From Callorhinchus milii (lineage: Eukaryota), in the NCBI RefSeq assembly GCF_018977255.1, contig NW_024704742.1:118918001-118978000 (forward strand): a DNA stretch of 60,000 bases, read 5' to 3'. Below are positions 1 through 12,700 of the stretch, piece by piece. Numbering within the stretch: the first letter of the stretch is position 1; every line of letters begins with the position of its first letter. The notes beneath the pieces are model-generated. The model ran no database searches. It worked only from the letters and a program-made list of their open reading frames with translations, and was not told where the DNA came from. Both the position numbers and the translations under genes were made by a program.

Positions 1-567
1 GATATAATCAATCAAGAAAATTGATTCTGTTACCCAACTAAAAAGGTTGGCCACTACTGGTGTGGGCTGTACATGAAGTCTGTGGATGGTGCTGGGCGAA
101 GACAATAAGTTAAACAGAAAAGGCACAAACCTAAAAAATAAAGCAGATGAGAGTCACTCTAGCAGGTGTTGGTTATGAGTGCCAATCTATTGTCCTGGGA
201 GCAATTGTCCACTCATCCTCCCCAATGAGAGACGTACATGACACAAGGAGTATTTGATTCATCTAATGTTAAAAGATGGCAAATCATCACTTCAAGTCAG
301 AGACCTTTGCTAGATTAAAACTCTTTCAGTTCTCTACTTTTTTTTATATATGTGCTCAATTATTTTTTCTATCCTCCCCCCTCCCACCCCCATCTACACA
401 TGCACACCCACATCACATCTCTCTGTGCTTGGTCTGACTTGCTAGGGTGTAGTTCGATGGAAACTAGGTATCCTCCATTAACCGAAATAGGGACATTATA
501 GACATAATTAAATCATCACAGAACAGTTTAGAAATCGCTATGTCTGGATTCATTATTTTGAACTTAC

Positions 568-779
568 GTTTCTGAACGCAGGGTGTAATAGCCAAGATGG
601 AGACGATCAGACAAAGCCCACCATTGACACCCAAGACAATCTTGTTTAACATGCATCCATCAGGATCGGTGTAAAATATCCCCATTAGAATAAGAGCAAA
701 AACAGCCACCGAATACAGGCTGAGAGTAACCAGGGCCAAGGCAGCAAACCAGCATTTATTCTGTCCCGTTCCAGCCCAC
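568..779 (-). CDS. SERINC5: SERINC5 exon 6 (WAGTGQNKCWFAALALVT...GVNGGLCLIVSILAITPCVQK); gene continues outside the window
   Basis: 212 nt, actag acceptor and GTAAGT donor. NKIVLGVNGGLC matches SERINC5; lies inside ORF 464..862. Confidence 0.97.
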
Positions 780-1204
780 CTAGTTACAAGACAAAGCAGA
801 TGATCAGTGAACCATTCGAGTACCACAAGCCTGTATATTACAGTATAACATACATCCGACATGTAATACCTAGCATATGATCAAGTGTCAAGGTGCACAA
901 ACGGGTACATAACAGTCCAAATCAAGCAAGTAAGTAAGTGTGTGTCATTTCGATTAAAACATTTGCAATTGTGTACAAAGCCGCTGTTTGCATTGAGAAG
1001 CAAAAACCTTGAAAACTGCTCAAATCTGAGCACAAAGTCTTTTCTTCCACAAATACACACACAGAATGTAGAAATGCCTCATCAAAAATGGCTATTGAAC
1101 CAAAGTCCATAAAAGGGAAATTTACAAAAACTGCACTGAGGAAAAATAATATTTGGGTTCAGGAAGGAGCAGAGGAATGGGATTTAATCATAATAATCCT
1201 TACA

Positions 1205-2046
1205 TCTCTAACTTTCTGCAGTTGAACGTCAACAAGACCGAGGCTCTCCTGATTGGCTCCCGTCAGCGCCTCCACACTTCAGGCACTGGCAGCATCGCCA
1301 TCCATGGCTGCACACTGCACCTTCCTAAGCCAGTCCAGAACCTTGGTGTCTTGTTTGACTATCAACTGTCCTTTCTCCCCCACATCCGTGCCATGACCAG
1401 CTCTGCTTTCCCCCACCTCCGCAACATTGCCTGGCTCCGCCACTGTCTCACCCCTCAGGCCGCTGAAACTCTCAATCAGACGTTCATCACATCTAGGCTT
1501 GACAACGCCAACTCTATTCTTGTCGCCCTCCCTAACTCTTCCCTCCACAAACTGAGGATCATCCAGAACTCTGCAGCTCATGTCCTCTCCCGCACCAGGC
1601 TCTGTGACCCCATCACCTTCCACCCTCGCCTGGCTCCCCATCCACCAGAGGATAGAGTTCAAAATCCTCGTCCTCATCTTCAAGACCCTCTATGGCTTTG
1701 CCCCCTCCTACCTCAATGACCTGCTAACCCCATATCAACTTGTCCGCTCCCTCCACTCAGCAGGCTCCAGCCTGCTCCATGTCCCCTGGCTGGCCCGCGG
1801 TTGGGCCTTCAGCGTCTCTACCCCCACCCTTTGGAACTCCATCCCACAGTCCCTTCGCCTCGCTCCCTCCCTTGCCTCCTTCACGGCACGTCTCAAGACC
1901 CTCCTCTTCGACCGTGCCTTCGGCCACCCTCCCTGCCCTCCACCCTCCCTTACCCCATTTCCCCCACCCCTGCTTGGGTCCAAATCCCTGACATCCTACC
2001 GACGTGAAAGGCATCTTACAAATATAATTTTGTGTTGTATTGTATT
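1205..2046 (+). mobile_element. L2-clade LINE 3' fragment (frameshifted RT C-terminus plus tail)
   Basis: LQLNVNKTEALLIG...SRLDNANSIL...IQNSAA and WLPIHQRIEFK motifs, ending in the L2-type tail. Confidence 0.9.
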
Positions 2047-2174
2047 TGGTATAGTCTTTCACATAGGGAGACCGCCTAGTGTGCTTCAGAGATACACTCT
2101 ACAGTGCAGAGACTATTTGTTTGTGAGCAAAACACGATAACCAATTTTCACACAGGAATGTCTCACAAACAACC

Positions 2175-2657
2175 ATCTTTAACAAAATCCAGTTAATTCA
2201 AAACTCCGCCACCCTTATCCTTACCCACACCAAACTCTGAACCCAATCACCCCAGTTCTTGTCAGACTCCACTGGTTCTCTATCACAGAATGGATTGATT
2301 TAAAAATCCTCACACTTGTTTACAAATCACTTCATGCCCTGGAACCTGCCTACTTCTCTGACCTGGTTACACCTCATTCCACTGCCCACCGCCCTCCTGC
2401 ACATCCCTTTTCCTTTCCGCTTTGACAAAGGATGTGCAGCCACTACACCCCGAAGCTATGGAACTCTTTTCTTCAATCCCTCCACCTTGCCTCCTCCTTC
2501 CCCATCTTCAGATCACAACTGAAGACCTTTTCGACCTTGCCTATGATCACCCCCCTCTTCTCCCTGGCTCAGCGTCAAGCTCCGTCAATGTTAAGCATTC
2601 CGAGACACTACCATGAGTGAAGATCGCTATATAAATGCACGTAGTCGTTGTTGTTGA
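2175..2657 (+). mobile_element. Older L2 LINE 3' fragment
   Basis: Degenerate homology to the LHWLP/IEFK region and a tataaatgca...(TTG)n tail. Confidence 0.7.
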
Positions 2658-2666
2658 CTAACTTAC

Positions 2667-2760
2667 CAATTTTTGTTCCATTTGTGTGCAAATTCCACCA
2701 GCAAAATGAGCTGAATGATTATGAAGAGGAACGCTCCACCAGCACCAATGTACAGCCATG
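2667..2760 (-). CDS. SERINC5: SERINC5 exon 5 ([32 protein letters not shown])
   Basis: 94 nt, cacag acceptor and GTAAGT donor. [16 protein letters not shown] motif. Confidence 0.97.
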
Positions 2761-5056
2761 CTGTGCTCAACAAAAGAAAACAAATCATTAGCATACAGCA
2801 CATGATTGGAAGCTGCAGTTTGTGGATCAAAATACAGTTTTCTCTTTACTGAACAGGTTACATTATCTAAGATTTAAGAAGAGCAAGACGCTATCCTGTT
2901 TAAAGAGCTATATATAATTGCAAATTGTTGTTGTTGTCTTTCGTTAAAACAAAATCAGAGAATCCAGATAAAATTGGAATCCTCCAACCTGATGGTTGTG
3001 TCATAGCTTGGCTCCATTCTTTGCTTCGTTGTGGAAGGAAAAACAAATTCAAGCCAGAAGCTAGTTAAACTATTTTGACACAGATCAACCTCCAAATCCA
3101 CGGTTCTCCATAACCATCCAATGCATTCATTTTAAACACAACACAAAAAAAGAAAGCAATCAACCACAGATGAAAAACAGAAAGGGCTTTGAGTCCTGAA
3201 TTTAAGATAAGTGTGAACAGTGAATAAGTTTAATGTCGTCAGGAAACATGAACATTATTGGTCCTAATGCACGATTTGGAAATGCATTTCACTTGAAGCT
3301 CCATTCCCAATCTTGTTCTTTTTCTCTGAATTTCATATAAATGTATTCTTCAACCAAACTTTTGATGAAAGGTTCAGTGGGAGGCTAAGCAGTGACGACA
3401 GCAAATTATCTGACCAAACAGGATAAGCTTAAATTTCTCCTCATTATACACACACATACATTCCCAGGGCTCACTAGACAAAGGGGGAATTTTAGCTGAT
3501 CTCAGTCAGGGTAACACTGGTGGAAGTAATTTAGTACAGATCTGAAACCTTCCTCATCTGTACAACTCAATTCAATAGTGGGCCATGTGATTTATGAAAA
3601 TGTTATAGCAGTACATGGAAAGCATTTCACCTGCATCAATGCTACAATGGGGCAAGTTGAACTGTACAAAATCTGAGCATAGTTTTAGCTAGTTTCTGAC
3701 TTTGATTTGTTTAATGATAGAACAAAAAATGTAACTGAGCCACATCCCCACCATCAAATTGGATGATACAACAGCAAACAATATTTTATTGCTTTGACAC
3801 TACAATGGTACAGGAAAGACTAATTAAGCGCCTTCTATCAACCCATTCCTAGATGTTAAAACTCTTTGGCTCATACCATACTACCTTACATTTACAGGGG
3901 GTTAATAGAAGCATTCCCAAAATGAAAGCAAATACCTTCCCTTTACTAGCGAAATTATAGAACACAGCATTATCCAAGCCAATTGTGCGATTTATTCACA
4001 AATAGTATCAATTTACATAGACACAAACCTCCATTCGTTCAATAACAATCAGAAAATCTTCCATCACTTTCACTCGCTCAAGACATCCTTGATTTAAAAA
4101 AATGAATACACAATAAAGAGAGTACAGTTCACTAATAATGCCAAGCTTAGAAACCTCCCCCACTGCAGTTTTGAGAACACTACCAAAAAGCTGCAACAGG
4201 CTTCATGCCATTGCTACCCTGAATAGTTAATAGTTAACATAGTTAACCAAAGCAGTTCTAAAATACTGCACCGGGCACCTGCTCCTGTAAATACCATTAA
4301 AAAGGGTTGAATTACAGCTTTAAAAATACCTGTGTATACCTGTGAAAAAGTGTTGTGCTGAAAGTACAGTGATATTTATACTGCCAAGACATAGACCTCT
4401 AAGCATATTGATATACCTTAAATAGGAGGGACAAAGTTTAATCTTAGAGTCTTAACTATTCAACCCAAGGCTCAAAAACTATAACCACAGCAAGCTGGTC
4501 ACTCAAAATTCCCTGGCTTACCATTATTCCAGACAACAACAACGGCAACTGACTTTTGTATAGAGCCTTTATGTCAGGAGGACGTCTCAAACCATTTCAC
4601 ACAACTAACTGGTCACCCGAGCTGGGAAGGAGGGAGCTGAGGAGGGTGGGGAAAAAAGGTGCCCAAAGCGCGGTTGAAAAGATTGATCTTAAATGAACTT
4701 AAAAGGTGACATTTTAAAGAACGGCATTCAGAGACTATCACATAGACGAGCATCACAAGCCCAGAACATGTTGCAAAATGAGGCGCATTTGGAACAATTA
4801 GGAAGATTTTCTGATGCGTTTTAAAACAATTTTAATAGTACATCTCGAAATTCAAATTCTTCAAAAGGCACGCAAAGCAGTAACATGAAAAAAAATAGCA
4901 ATTATTTTCTTAAAACACAGCATTCACAGATACCAACAGGATTCCCATTGTTGTCAACAGGTTTATTGCTTAATAGGCTTGCCACATGAACATCCAGATA
5001 CAAAACACTTACTGTCCTTCAGAATGAATGGACTGGCAAGTGCAAGCACAGCTGAC

Positions 5057-5062
<6 letters not shown>

Positions 5063-5096
<34 letters not shown>
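5063..5096. repeat. (AG)n microsatellite (others: (CTGA/CTGT)n 28573-28626, (ATTG)n 42403-42445, (AG)n 46506-46526)
   Basis: Directly visible. Confidence 0.95.
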
Positions 5097-5097
<1 letters not shown>

Positions 5098-5941
5098 ACA
5101 GCTCCAAGAGACTCCGTAAGTGGTGGACACTGCCCAAAGCTGTTCGCTTTATGCTTTTGTTGCTTCAAGTGCTTTCCATTCATTTGGAAAGCTTAACTAT
5201 TATTATTCCAGAACGTTTTAATTTTTTGCTAGCGTGCAGAACAACTATTCCAAATTGACTTGGGTCAGCTTTACTTTTAAAACCTTTAAAATAATATATC
5301 ATTTAAAATAATATATCATTCTTCACAATTTTAAAACCCCGTTGAAGGCAAGAGGGAATCTCCGTGTGGGGGCAAAGTTGGAAGCCAGCCTGTCAAGTTT
5401 CTTTAATATTATTTAGCTCGCTTCCACTGAACAGCACTATATCCACAGTGCTCCTCACTCTCTGCTTACAGTTCACTCATTGTTCTCAAAATCTCTTCCA
5501 ACTTGGAATCCAGAAGAAGGAGGGAATGGTTTATCTGGAGCTATGAAACACTTGATTCTGTACAGAACACAACACTGGCCTTCAACCACTTGCACTGAAT
5601 GGTTGCATTGAATGTTGTTGCTGAGTGCAGATTTAACCTTTTACTGCTACAAAACAAATCAATTTTTCCAATGAATAAAATGAACCATTTACTAATTGAA
5701 ACGTGATGACCTTTGGAGTACTGAAAGGGTTTCTTCTGCGTTGAACATACAAATATCTCCAGCTGCACTACTACAAAGCCAAAGTAGGGAATGGTACCAG
5801 AGAGCATTAACTTAATGCACTAATTGAAAACTAGCCCACAGTGAACTGTGCAACCTTCTAAAAAAAAGAAAAAATGATGCAAAAATAATAACAAATCCCC
5901 AAAAGATTTAGTTGTTAAATAGAATACAATGGCAGCCTTAC

Positions 5942-6024
5942 CCCTGTGAAAGGTGTCCTGGTCAGGTATGAAGAAAGCTCCTGCACACATGGCTGTCAAT
6001 ACTACAAACTTCACAAACCAGAAC
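5942..6024 (-). CDS. SERINC5: SERINC5 exon 4 (FWFVKFVVLTAMCAGAFFIPDQDTFHR)
   Basis: 83 nt, ttgcag acceptor and GTAAG donor. GAFFIPDQDTF matches SERINC5. Confidence 0.97.
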
Positions 6025-6225
6025 CTGCAAAAACAAGACAGATGTCTTCAAAAGGCTCTGTCTATCCATTTCCTTTTGTCTTCTTCACAATAACAGTATC
6101 AATGTCGTCTACATCACTTTCTGTGTTGGCTAATTACATTTCTTTCGTTGAACCTGTAGCTCAGTGAGAATCCTATTTGTTATGCTTGGAGGGATATCCA
6201 TCGTCCCTTCAAGCAACACACTTAC

Positions 6226-6404
6226 CCATTGTGGATGTAAGCACGGCAGTTTTTGCTGGTTTTCACATTGAGCATCAGGAGAAAGAAGATGAAGAAGAAA
6301 CAGGCCATTCCAAAGCAGACTTTGTAAACAGCGGCATATCCAACCAGCCTTTCACAGTCAACTCCAGCCTGGATCGTTTTACAGAAATCGCTGTAGAAGG
6401 GGAT
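6226..6404 (-). CDS. SERINC5: SERINC5 exon 3 ([40 protein letters not shown]...AYIHNG)
   Basis: 179 nt, AG/GTAAGT borders. [17 protein letters not shown] motif, translated by hand. Confidence 0.97.
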
Positions 6405-7438
6405 CTGATGTGGAAGAGGGAAGATTAATACAGTCCGATTTCTATCACTGTCTCATCTTTTCACCTACATCTAGTGTTCTCTGGTTTTGTAGGGCTGATA
6501 ATAATAATAATCCTTGCATTTGATATAGCGCCTTATCACGTCTTCGAGCTGTCTATTGGCAGCCAATTGCACAATATGACCCAAATCCTGGATAACTTGG
6601 CACTCCACACTGTTTTTGCCAGTCAGCTGAAATGACAATAACTGACCAGCAGAAAGTAAAAGGAAATTGAGAGTTGAATCAGGTCATATTGGGCTTGTTG
6701 TAAATATTATACTGAATACGTTCACGGATCAATAAAGCATTACTCTGATAATGGATTACCTTGTCAGTATAGTTAAAATTAACATATTAAATTTGCTGGG
6801 TGTTATCCCCTCCCACTCACCCACCCTCCTCCACCAGAGCAAGTCTCAGTGACCTGGCCTCCTGGATGTTATCACTGAAAACAGGGGAGGGTTAAGCTAT
6901 CTCCAGTTCTTTCGATATAATAAACATCAAATGTACTACTGAAATGGACCTCATTATTAGAGGTATTTCTAACTGTTTCAAAAGGCTCTGGCTCTCCATT
7001 TCCTTTGTCTTCTTCACAATAAGAGTATCTCTATCATCTGCATCACTTTCTTTGCTGGCTGATTAAATTTCTGACATGAAGCTGCAGTTCAGTGTGAATA
7101 TAATACAACCCAACACACAATAATAGTGTGGGCCTTTATCCCTTGTCTCCCAGGCAGGAATCCTCAAGTTGCACTGATTTATTTCAAATTCTGAACATTA
7201 GTTGAGATGGAGGTACATGTTTAAAATGCAAACCTTCATTTCACTAGTTAGCTTTATTTATTTGCCATTTTTTGAATTAAACACACACGGAAAGACCCAA
7301 AGAGGGACACAGGGCAACAAAACATTGTCCTGAAGTTGAGAGTCTGCCAGAGGCTGGGTGTGGGTGGAGACAGCGTGAGTCAGAGCAATGTCTGTGTTGC
7401 CTGTGCACTGTGGAAGCTGCTCATAAACAGAGTACTTG

Positions 7439-7712
7439 AATAATAATAATCCTTGCATTTGATATAGCGCTCTTCACGTCGGGAGGACGTCCCAAAGCGC
7501 TTCACAGAACACACTGTAAAGTGAATTGACTGTATATTTGTGGGCGAACGCGGCAGCCAATTGCGCACAGCAATGTCCCACAAACAGTCGTAGATTGAAA
7601 ATGACCAATTTTTTATTATTGTTTTTGGTTTTGGAGGGATTATTATTAGGCGTGTGGAGTAAGGAAACTTGCCCAAGGTTTGGCCCTGCCTGGAATTGAA
7701 CTCAGGTTTCTC
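7439..7712 (-). mobile_element. Same SINE, 5'-truncated
   Basis: Near-identical to the 9374 copy from the B box onward. Confidence 0.9.
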
Positions 7713-7860
7713 ACTTGACCTTGCATTTGATACAGCGCCTTTCAAGTCAAGAGGACATCTCAAAGCGCTAACATGATTTATTGCACAGTTTAGTGACTGT
7801 GTATAGGATTCACTGTAAAGTGTAGTGACTATGTATTTTGTAGATGAAAGGGTTACTCAC

Positions 7861-8028
7861 GTGTTCTTTCAACCCTTCGGCCACAGTAGGTGATAGCATG
7901 AGGCAGCAGACAATGGTCCCTAGGATGTGGTAGAGGGCGTACATCACCCTGGTCCCTGTAGAGGTTTTGATCATTGGGCAGCAGCTACAGCATAGCGAAC
8001 AAGAAGCAGATCCACAGCAACAGGCCAG
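7861..8028 (-). CDS. SERINC5: SERINC5 exon 2 (LACCCGSASCSLCCSCCP...AEGLKEH)
   Basis: 168 nt, ccatcag acceptor and GTGAGT donor. Cys-rich SERINC N-terminal motif. Confidence 0.97.
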
Positions 8029-9373
8029 CTGATGGAAGAAAACAACATCGGAATGTACCAAAATACCCATAAAAACACATCCCATAATTTTTGTTCAATA
8101 AAACACCATTAAGCCCATTTCAAACTGATCCTCATGTGGAACACAAGAATCATTTTCAACACTAAAAGATTACTTCTCGTGACCTGAGGTCTAATGATAA
8201 GCTACGCGGTTTTAGCTGGTTAAACTCAAGCATTGCCCCAATGCAAACTCTGGGGTCCCCAAATCCTTTGCCAATCTGCACCTCATACTCTCCTGATTTA
8301 GGTAAGCTTGCCTCCAAGGAGAGAGTTCATATTGCATTTGACTTAAGAGAAAATTTCCATGTGTTGGTGGGATAAATATGTGGAACTCTCAATCTGGTTT
8401 AAATACTCTTAAGCATGGGTTTAACTGAGGAAACACACCAATGGCTTTTTTTTGATGGCGGGAGGGAAGGATGAGTAGAAAGATTATCACATGAAGTAAA
8501 TGGCAAAAAACAGGAGCTTAACACACTACTACTGCTACTAATAATAATAATCATCACCGCCATCCTGGCAAGTGCCTTATTACGTTGTCGAGATGTCTCA
8601 AAATGTTTCACAGAATATACAATAAGAACACAAGAATTCCTAAACAAAAGAAGACCAAGGTCCATCCAGTTCGCATTCCACCATCCTGGCAGTTGCATTC
8701 ACATTCATGTCCCAAGCTATATATTGTATCCCAAGATATTATTTCCTAAAAGAAACCTATCTAATTTGCTTTTGACAGAATCAACACTTTCTGCTTCCAC
8801 CATCTCCCAAGGGAGCCTCTTCCATGCATTTACTGCAAAGTGGGTTGATTGTGTATTTTGTGCTTTTGTACATAACAAATTTAGTAAACAGAATTGCTTG
8901 GCATTTCAAATTTGAAATTTTAAAGTTATTTGTTGATGAGAACTTGAACGTGGGAGTAGATGACATAACAGGAACAGACTGTCCTCGCACTCCAATCTGA
9001 ATTCTGCACTGATAAGCTCCCCGATCTCAGATGTAGGGTGAACTCAATGCCAGCAGCTGGGAGGATGTGGGGAAATAATAGATTTTGCTCTACAGCTGAG
9101 GTTAAAAATCAGGAACCTGGGTCTAGAAACAGGCCACCATAACTGTAGGCATTCACTAGCAAATATACAGTCACATTTTACAGTACATCCTGTGAAAACC
9201 TTTGAGACGTCTTGACGACATGATAAGATGCTGTATAAAATAAAAGGATTATTACTATCATATATTACTTACATACAATAATATTATTATCAACTAATCT
9301 GACTGTCACTTGGCTGCTAGTTCCAACGTATCACACCAACAATACGTTGGTGTGATACGTTGTGGAGACATAT

Positions 9374-9706
9374 GTGGAGACCTGTAGCTCAGTGGTTAGA
9401 GCACTCGCTTTGCAAGCGAGAGACCTGAGTTCAATTCCAGGCAGAGGGCGAAACCTTGGGCAAGTTTCCTTACTCCACACGCCTAATAATAATCCCTCCA
9501 AAACCAAAAACAATAATAAATTGGTCATTTTCAATCTACGACTGTTTGTGGGACACTGCTGTGCGCAATTGGCTGCCGCGTTCGCCCACAAATATACAGT
9601 CAATTCACTTTACAGAGTGTTCTGTGAAGCGCTTTGGGACGTCCTCCCGACGTGAAAAGCGCTATATCAAATGCAAGGATTATTATTATTATTATTATTA
9701 TTATTA
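9374..9706 (+). mobile_element. Full-length tRNA-derived SINE (Ala-TGC-like head, Deu-like core, L2 tail)
   Basis: A box TAGCTCAGTGG, anticodon arm CTCGC-TTTGCAA-GCGAG, B box GTTCAATTCC, core GTGGGAC..TGCTGTGCGCAATTGGCTGCCGCG, L2-like stem-loop and (TTA)n. Confidence 0.92.
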
Positions 9707-12700
9707 ACAAAAACACATAACCTTGTGTTTATCAGTTGAGGGAAGTTAGTGCTGAAAAAGTGAATACTCCCCCCCCCCACCCACTTTTCTGGAATTCAAC
9801 ATCAAATACTCCAAAACTAAGTACACCAAGTTTCCACTCTGTCTGAATATACTTTCACATGATCCTGAAAAGCGCTCCGAATGCACAAACATATAAAGTA
9901 CTTAAGGCTGGGTGTGGTTGGAGACAGAGAAACCAGAACAATCTCAGTGCTGCGGAAGGATTCCAAGCTGCTCATAAACAGAGTGCAAGAATACTTGCAT
10001 TTAACACAGCAGGAAGCGCATCTCAAAACCCTCAGTGGAATCTGCCCTAAAGTGCAGTGACTTTTCAAATTATGTTCTCAATATTTTACTTGAATCAAAT
10101 CGTCCCAGGCAATGTTCCCCGTCCCCTATTTCTCCAAATCTTACTATAAGGAGATTATTATTTTGTAGTAAAATCCTTCTATTTGATATAGTAATTTCTA
10201 TTTCAGGAGGACATCTCAAAGCACGTCACGATATACTGAAGTGTAGAGAAAGTGTATTTTGTAGGCAAATCCAGCAGTCAATTTGCACACAGCCATGTGC
10301 CAAAACAGCCATGAAGCAAGGGGTCGATTCTGGTGAGGGAGTTTGTTGGCCGACAACAACAACAAATAGCGCCTTTCACGTTGGGTCGTCAATTGGAAAA
10401 TGTTCAAGACAAAAGTGACAGTTCCCATAGAGAACTGGAATACTGAGGTCATATGTCATCCGAGCAAGCCCCTGTGAACAGATATCGAGCACTAGCGGGC
10501 TATTTAATTGTAGGATCGGCATCACAACCAAGCCTCTGCTGGTCCTCATGCAACGCTGTACTTTAAAATTGACGATCACTCGATAGCAATAATAAAGGGG
10601 AGCCTTGGCTCAATTTCCCCACTCCCTAGACTTGGGACATTGAGATCAATTGGTAAAATGTAATGTTGCCATCCTTGGGAGTTCTGCTTGGTTAACTCAG
10701 TGCATACTGTGAATCAAGTGTGCAACATTTCAAGTCTATATTTCTCAATAATCATCTGCACAGAAGCCTTCAGATCATGATTTGCTTTTATAACACTTTC
10801 ACCTACTTCACCCTGTGGCACTTACCCCACATGGAACAGAATAAAACAATTGTTTTATTTTGAAAAGGTCTGTTTGGGACATGTGTTAGGGAGTAGCTGG
10901 TACAGAGTTCAAGGCTGTCATTCAGAGTCAGGTTTCTGCTGGCATCAGCAAAACTGTTCAACTAAACTACTGTACAGCCTTGAAACTTTTAACTACAAGA
11001 CGCACCTAACATATTGTACAAACACACACATTAACAGAAGGCAAGGTTTAGTATACATTGGAGTAATAAAATGTCCCCTGTCCGAATGGCGTAGTGGGAA
11101 TCAGCTAATACCATTCTATAATTGGATAATATAAAGTGTGAAGAGTCAAAAGCTGATGCCTGAGGGAATTCACAATCTCTATGTGTATGTGAAGGGAGGC
11201 AGGTGGTGTGGAAGAAGTTGGATCCAAAGTGTAAGTATCCCATGCGAGGAATCCCAGGTGCAGATACACATTGAATTCAAATTTAAGCAAGTCTGTGGAG
11301 GAAGTTAACAGCAAAGGAATTTCACAACAACATCATGCAGCCTTAAAAGCAATGACTTGACTTTTACTGCAATCCTAATCTTTGCTTTATTCCTTATCAC
11401 TGTCTGTATACATTTGAAACTATCTGTGGTTTTATAGAAAGGTTTAACAACTCCAACTTGCATTTATATAGTGCTTGTCTTCTTATAAAGCACTAGCAGG
11501 CTATTTAATTGCAGGAACGGCATCACAGTCAAGCCTGTTCTGGTCCCAAATGCTGCTCTGTCTGAAGGGTGCTATATAAATGCAAGTACAGTAGTTGTTG
11601 TTCAAGTTGGAAACATCTTGGAGCGTGTTACAAAGACAGGGATGGATGCCGAGCAGAGAAGAGGAGACTGCAGGGGGAGGGGGGTGACAACAAGCTCAGT
11701 TGAAGAGGTAGATGTTACTACAGTACTTAAAGACAGATCATTCTTGCATTTTGCTATAACCCTTACACATCGGGAGGTCGTCCTCAGTGCTTCACAGGAT
11801 TTACTATGAAGTGGAGTAAGTGTGGATTTATAGATAAAGAAGGGGTGGGGTAGAGGATGGAGAGGTAAAGAGAAGGGATTCCAGAGGTACACATAGTGCT
11901 CTGAGACACTCTCCTGCGTGAAGGACACTATATAAATGCGACTTGTTTTTCTAAATCATAAGGGGTGCACAATGACACGGCAGCTTTCAGAGACAGTGAC
12001 CGGCAGTTCCACATGGAAGAGAGGAACAGGAAGAGCACCTCCTCATAACAGCAGAGACACAGGAACCCAGCAAAAAGCACAGTTTGTTCTGTTGTGGAAG
12101 CTTTGCGGTACTAGGAACAAATAAAAATCATACACTATTTCCCTTCAGTGTGGCAATGTTTGGAAAATAGCGCTGGTTGAAGTCCCACTTTAGAATGAAC
12201 CCAAATCGCAAACAATTTTCTAAAACCCCAAACACATGCATTTATCGTGCGTTTCACATAAGATTATTATTGAGGATGGTATGTATTTTGATGTTATGGC
12301 TACTTCCATTAACATCTGCCCCATAAGCTATGCATTGACACAAAATGTTTATTTTGTTGTCCTTTTTTTCCCATGAAAGCAATACGCTTTCCTGTGGAAA
12401 ATCTTACTATATACTTGTCTAAGCATCCGGGCCTGTTGGGTGTTAGCCTGACTCAGTTTTATGATTATTTATACAAACAAATATCTGGGGCCAGTTGGAA
12501 TTCCAGACACAAGTTTCTGCAGGGATGTGCATGGTGTGAATGACAGCTGACTGGGAACGCACCCGACACCCAATTTACAGCAGACTAAGCAAACACACCC
12601 CTCTGGTATGAAACATGAGCATCTCACACGTGGCTGAAGGGTAATTCACGCTCAGGGTGGGTGTATCTCACTTTGTACTTTCCCACGAGCCAAGTGCTGA

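Noticed and set aside
1..132. Possible SERINC5 exon 7 after a ttttttag acceptor
   Set aside because: The translation does not resemble the expected QPxSGLLQS peptide; exon 7 must lie outside the window.
6040..6172. H/ACA snoRNA on the SERINC5 sense strand (AGACGA...ACA)
   Set aside because: The ACA lies only about 20 nt from the 3' splice site, leaving no room for a branch point, and the two-hairpin fold is poor.
9376..9450. tRNA-Ala(TGC) gene
   Set aside because: No proper acceptor stem, and it is continuous with the SINE body in many copies; it is a SINE head.
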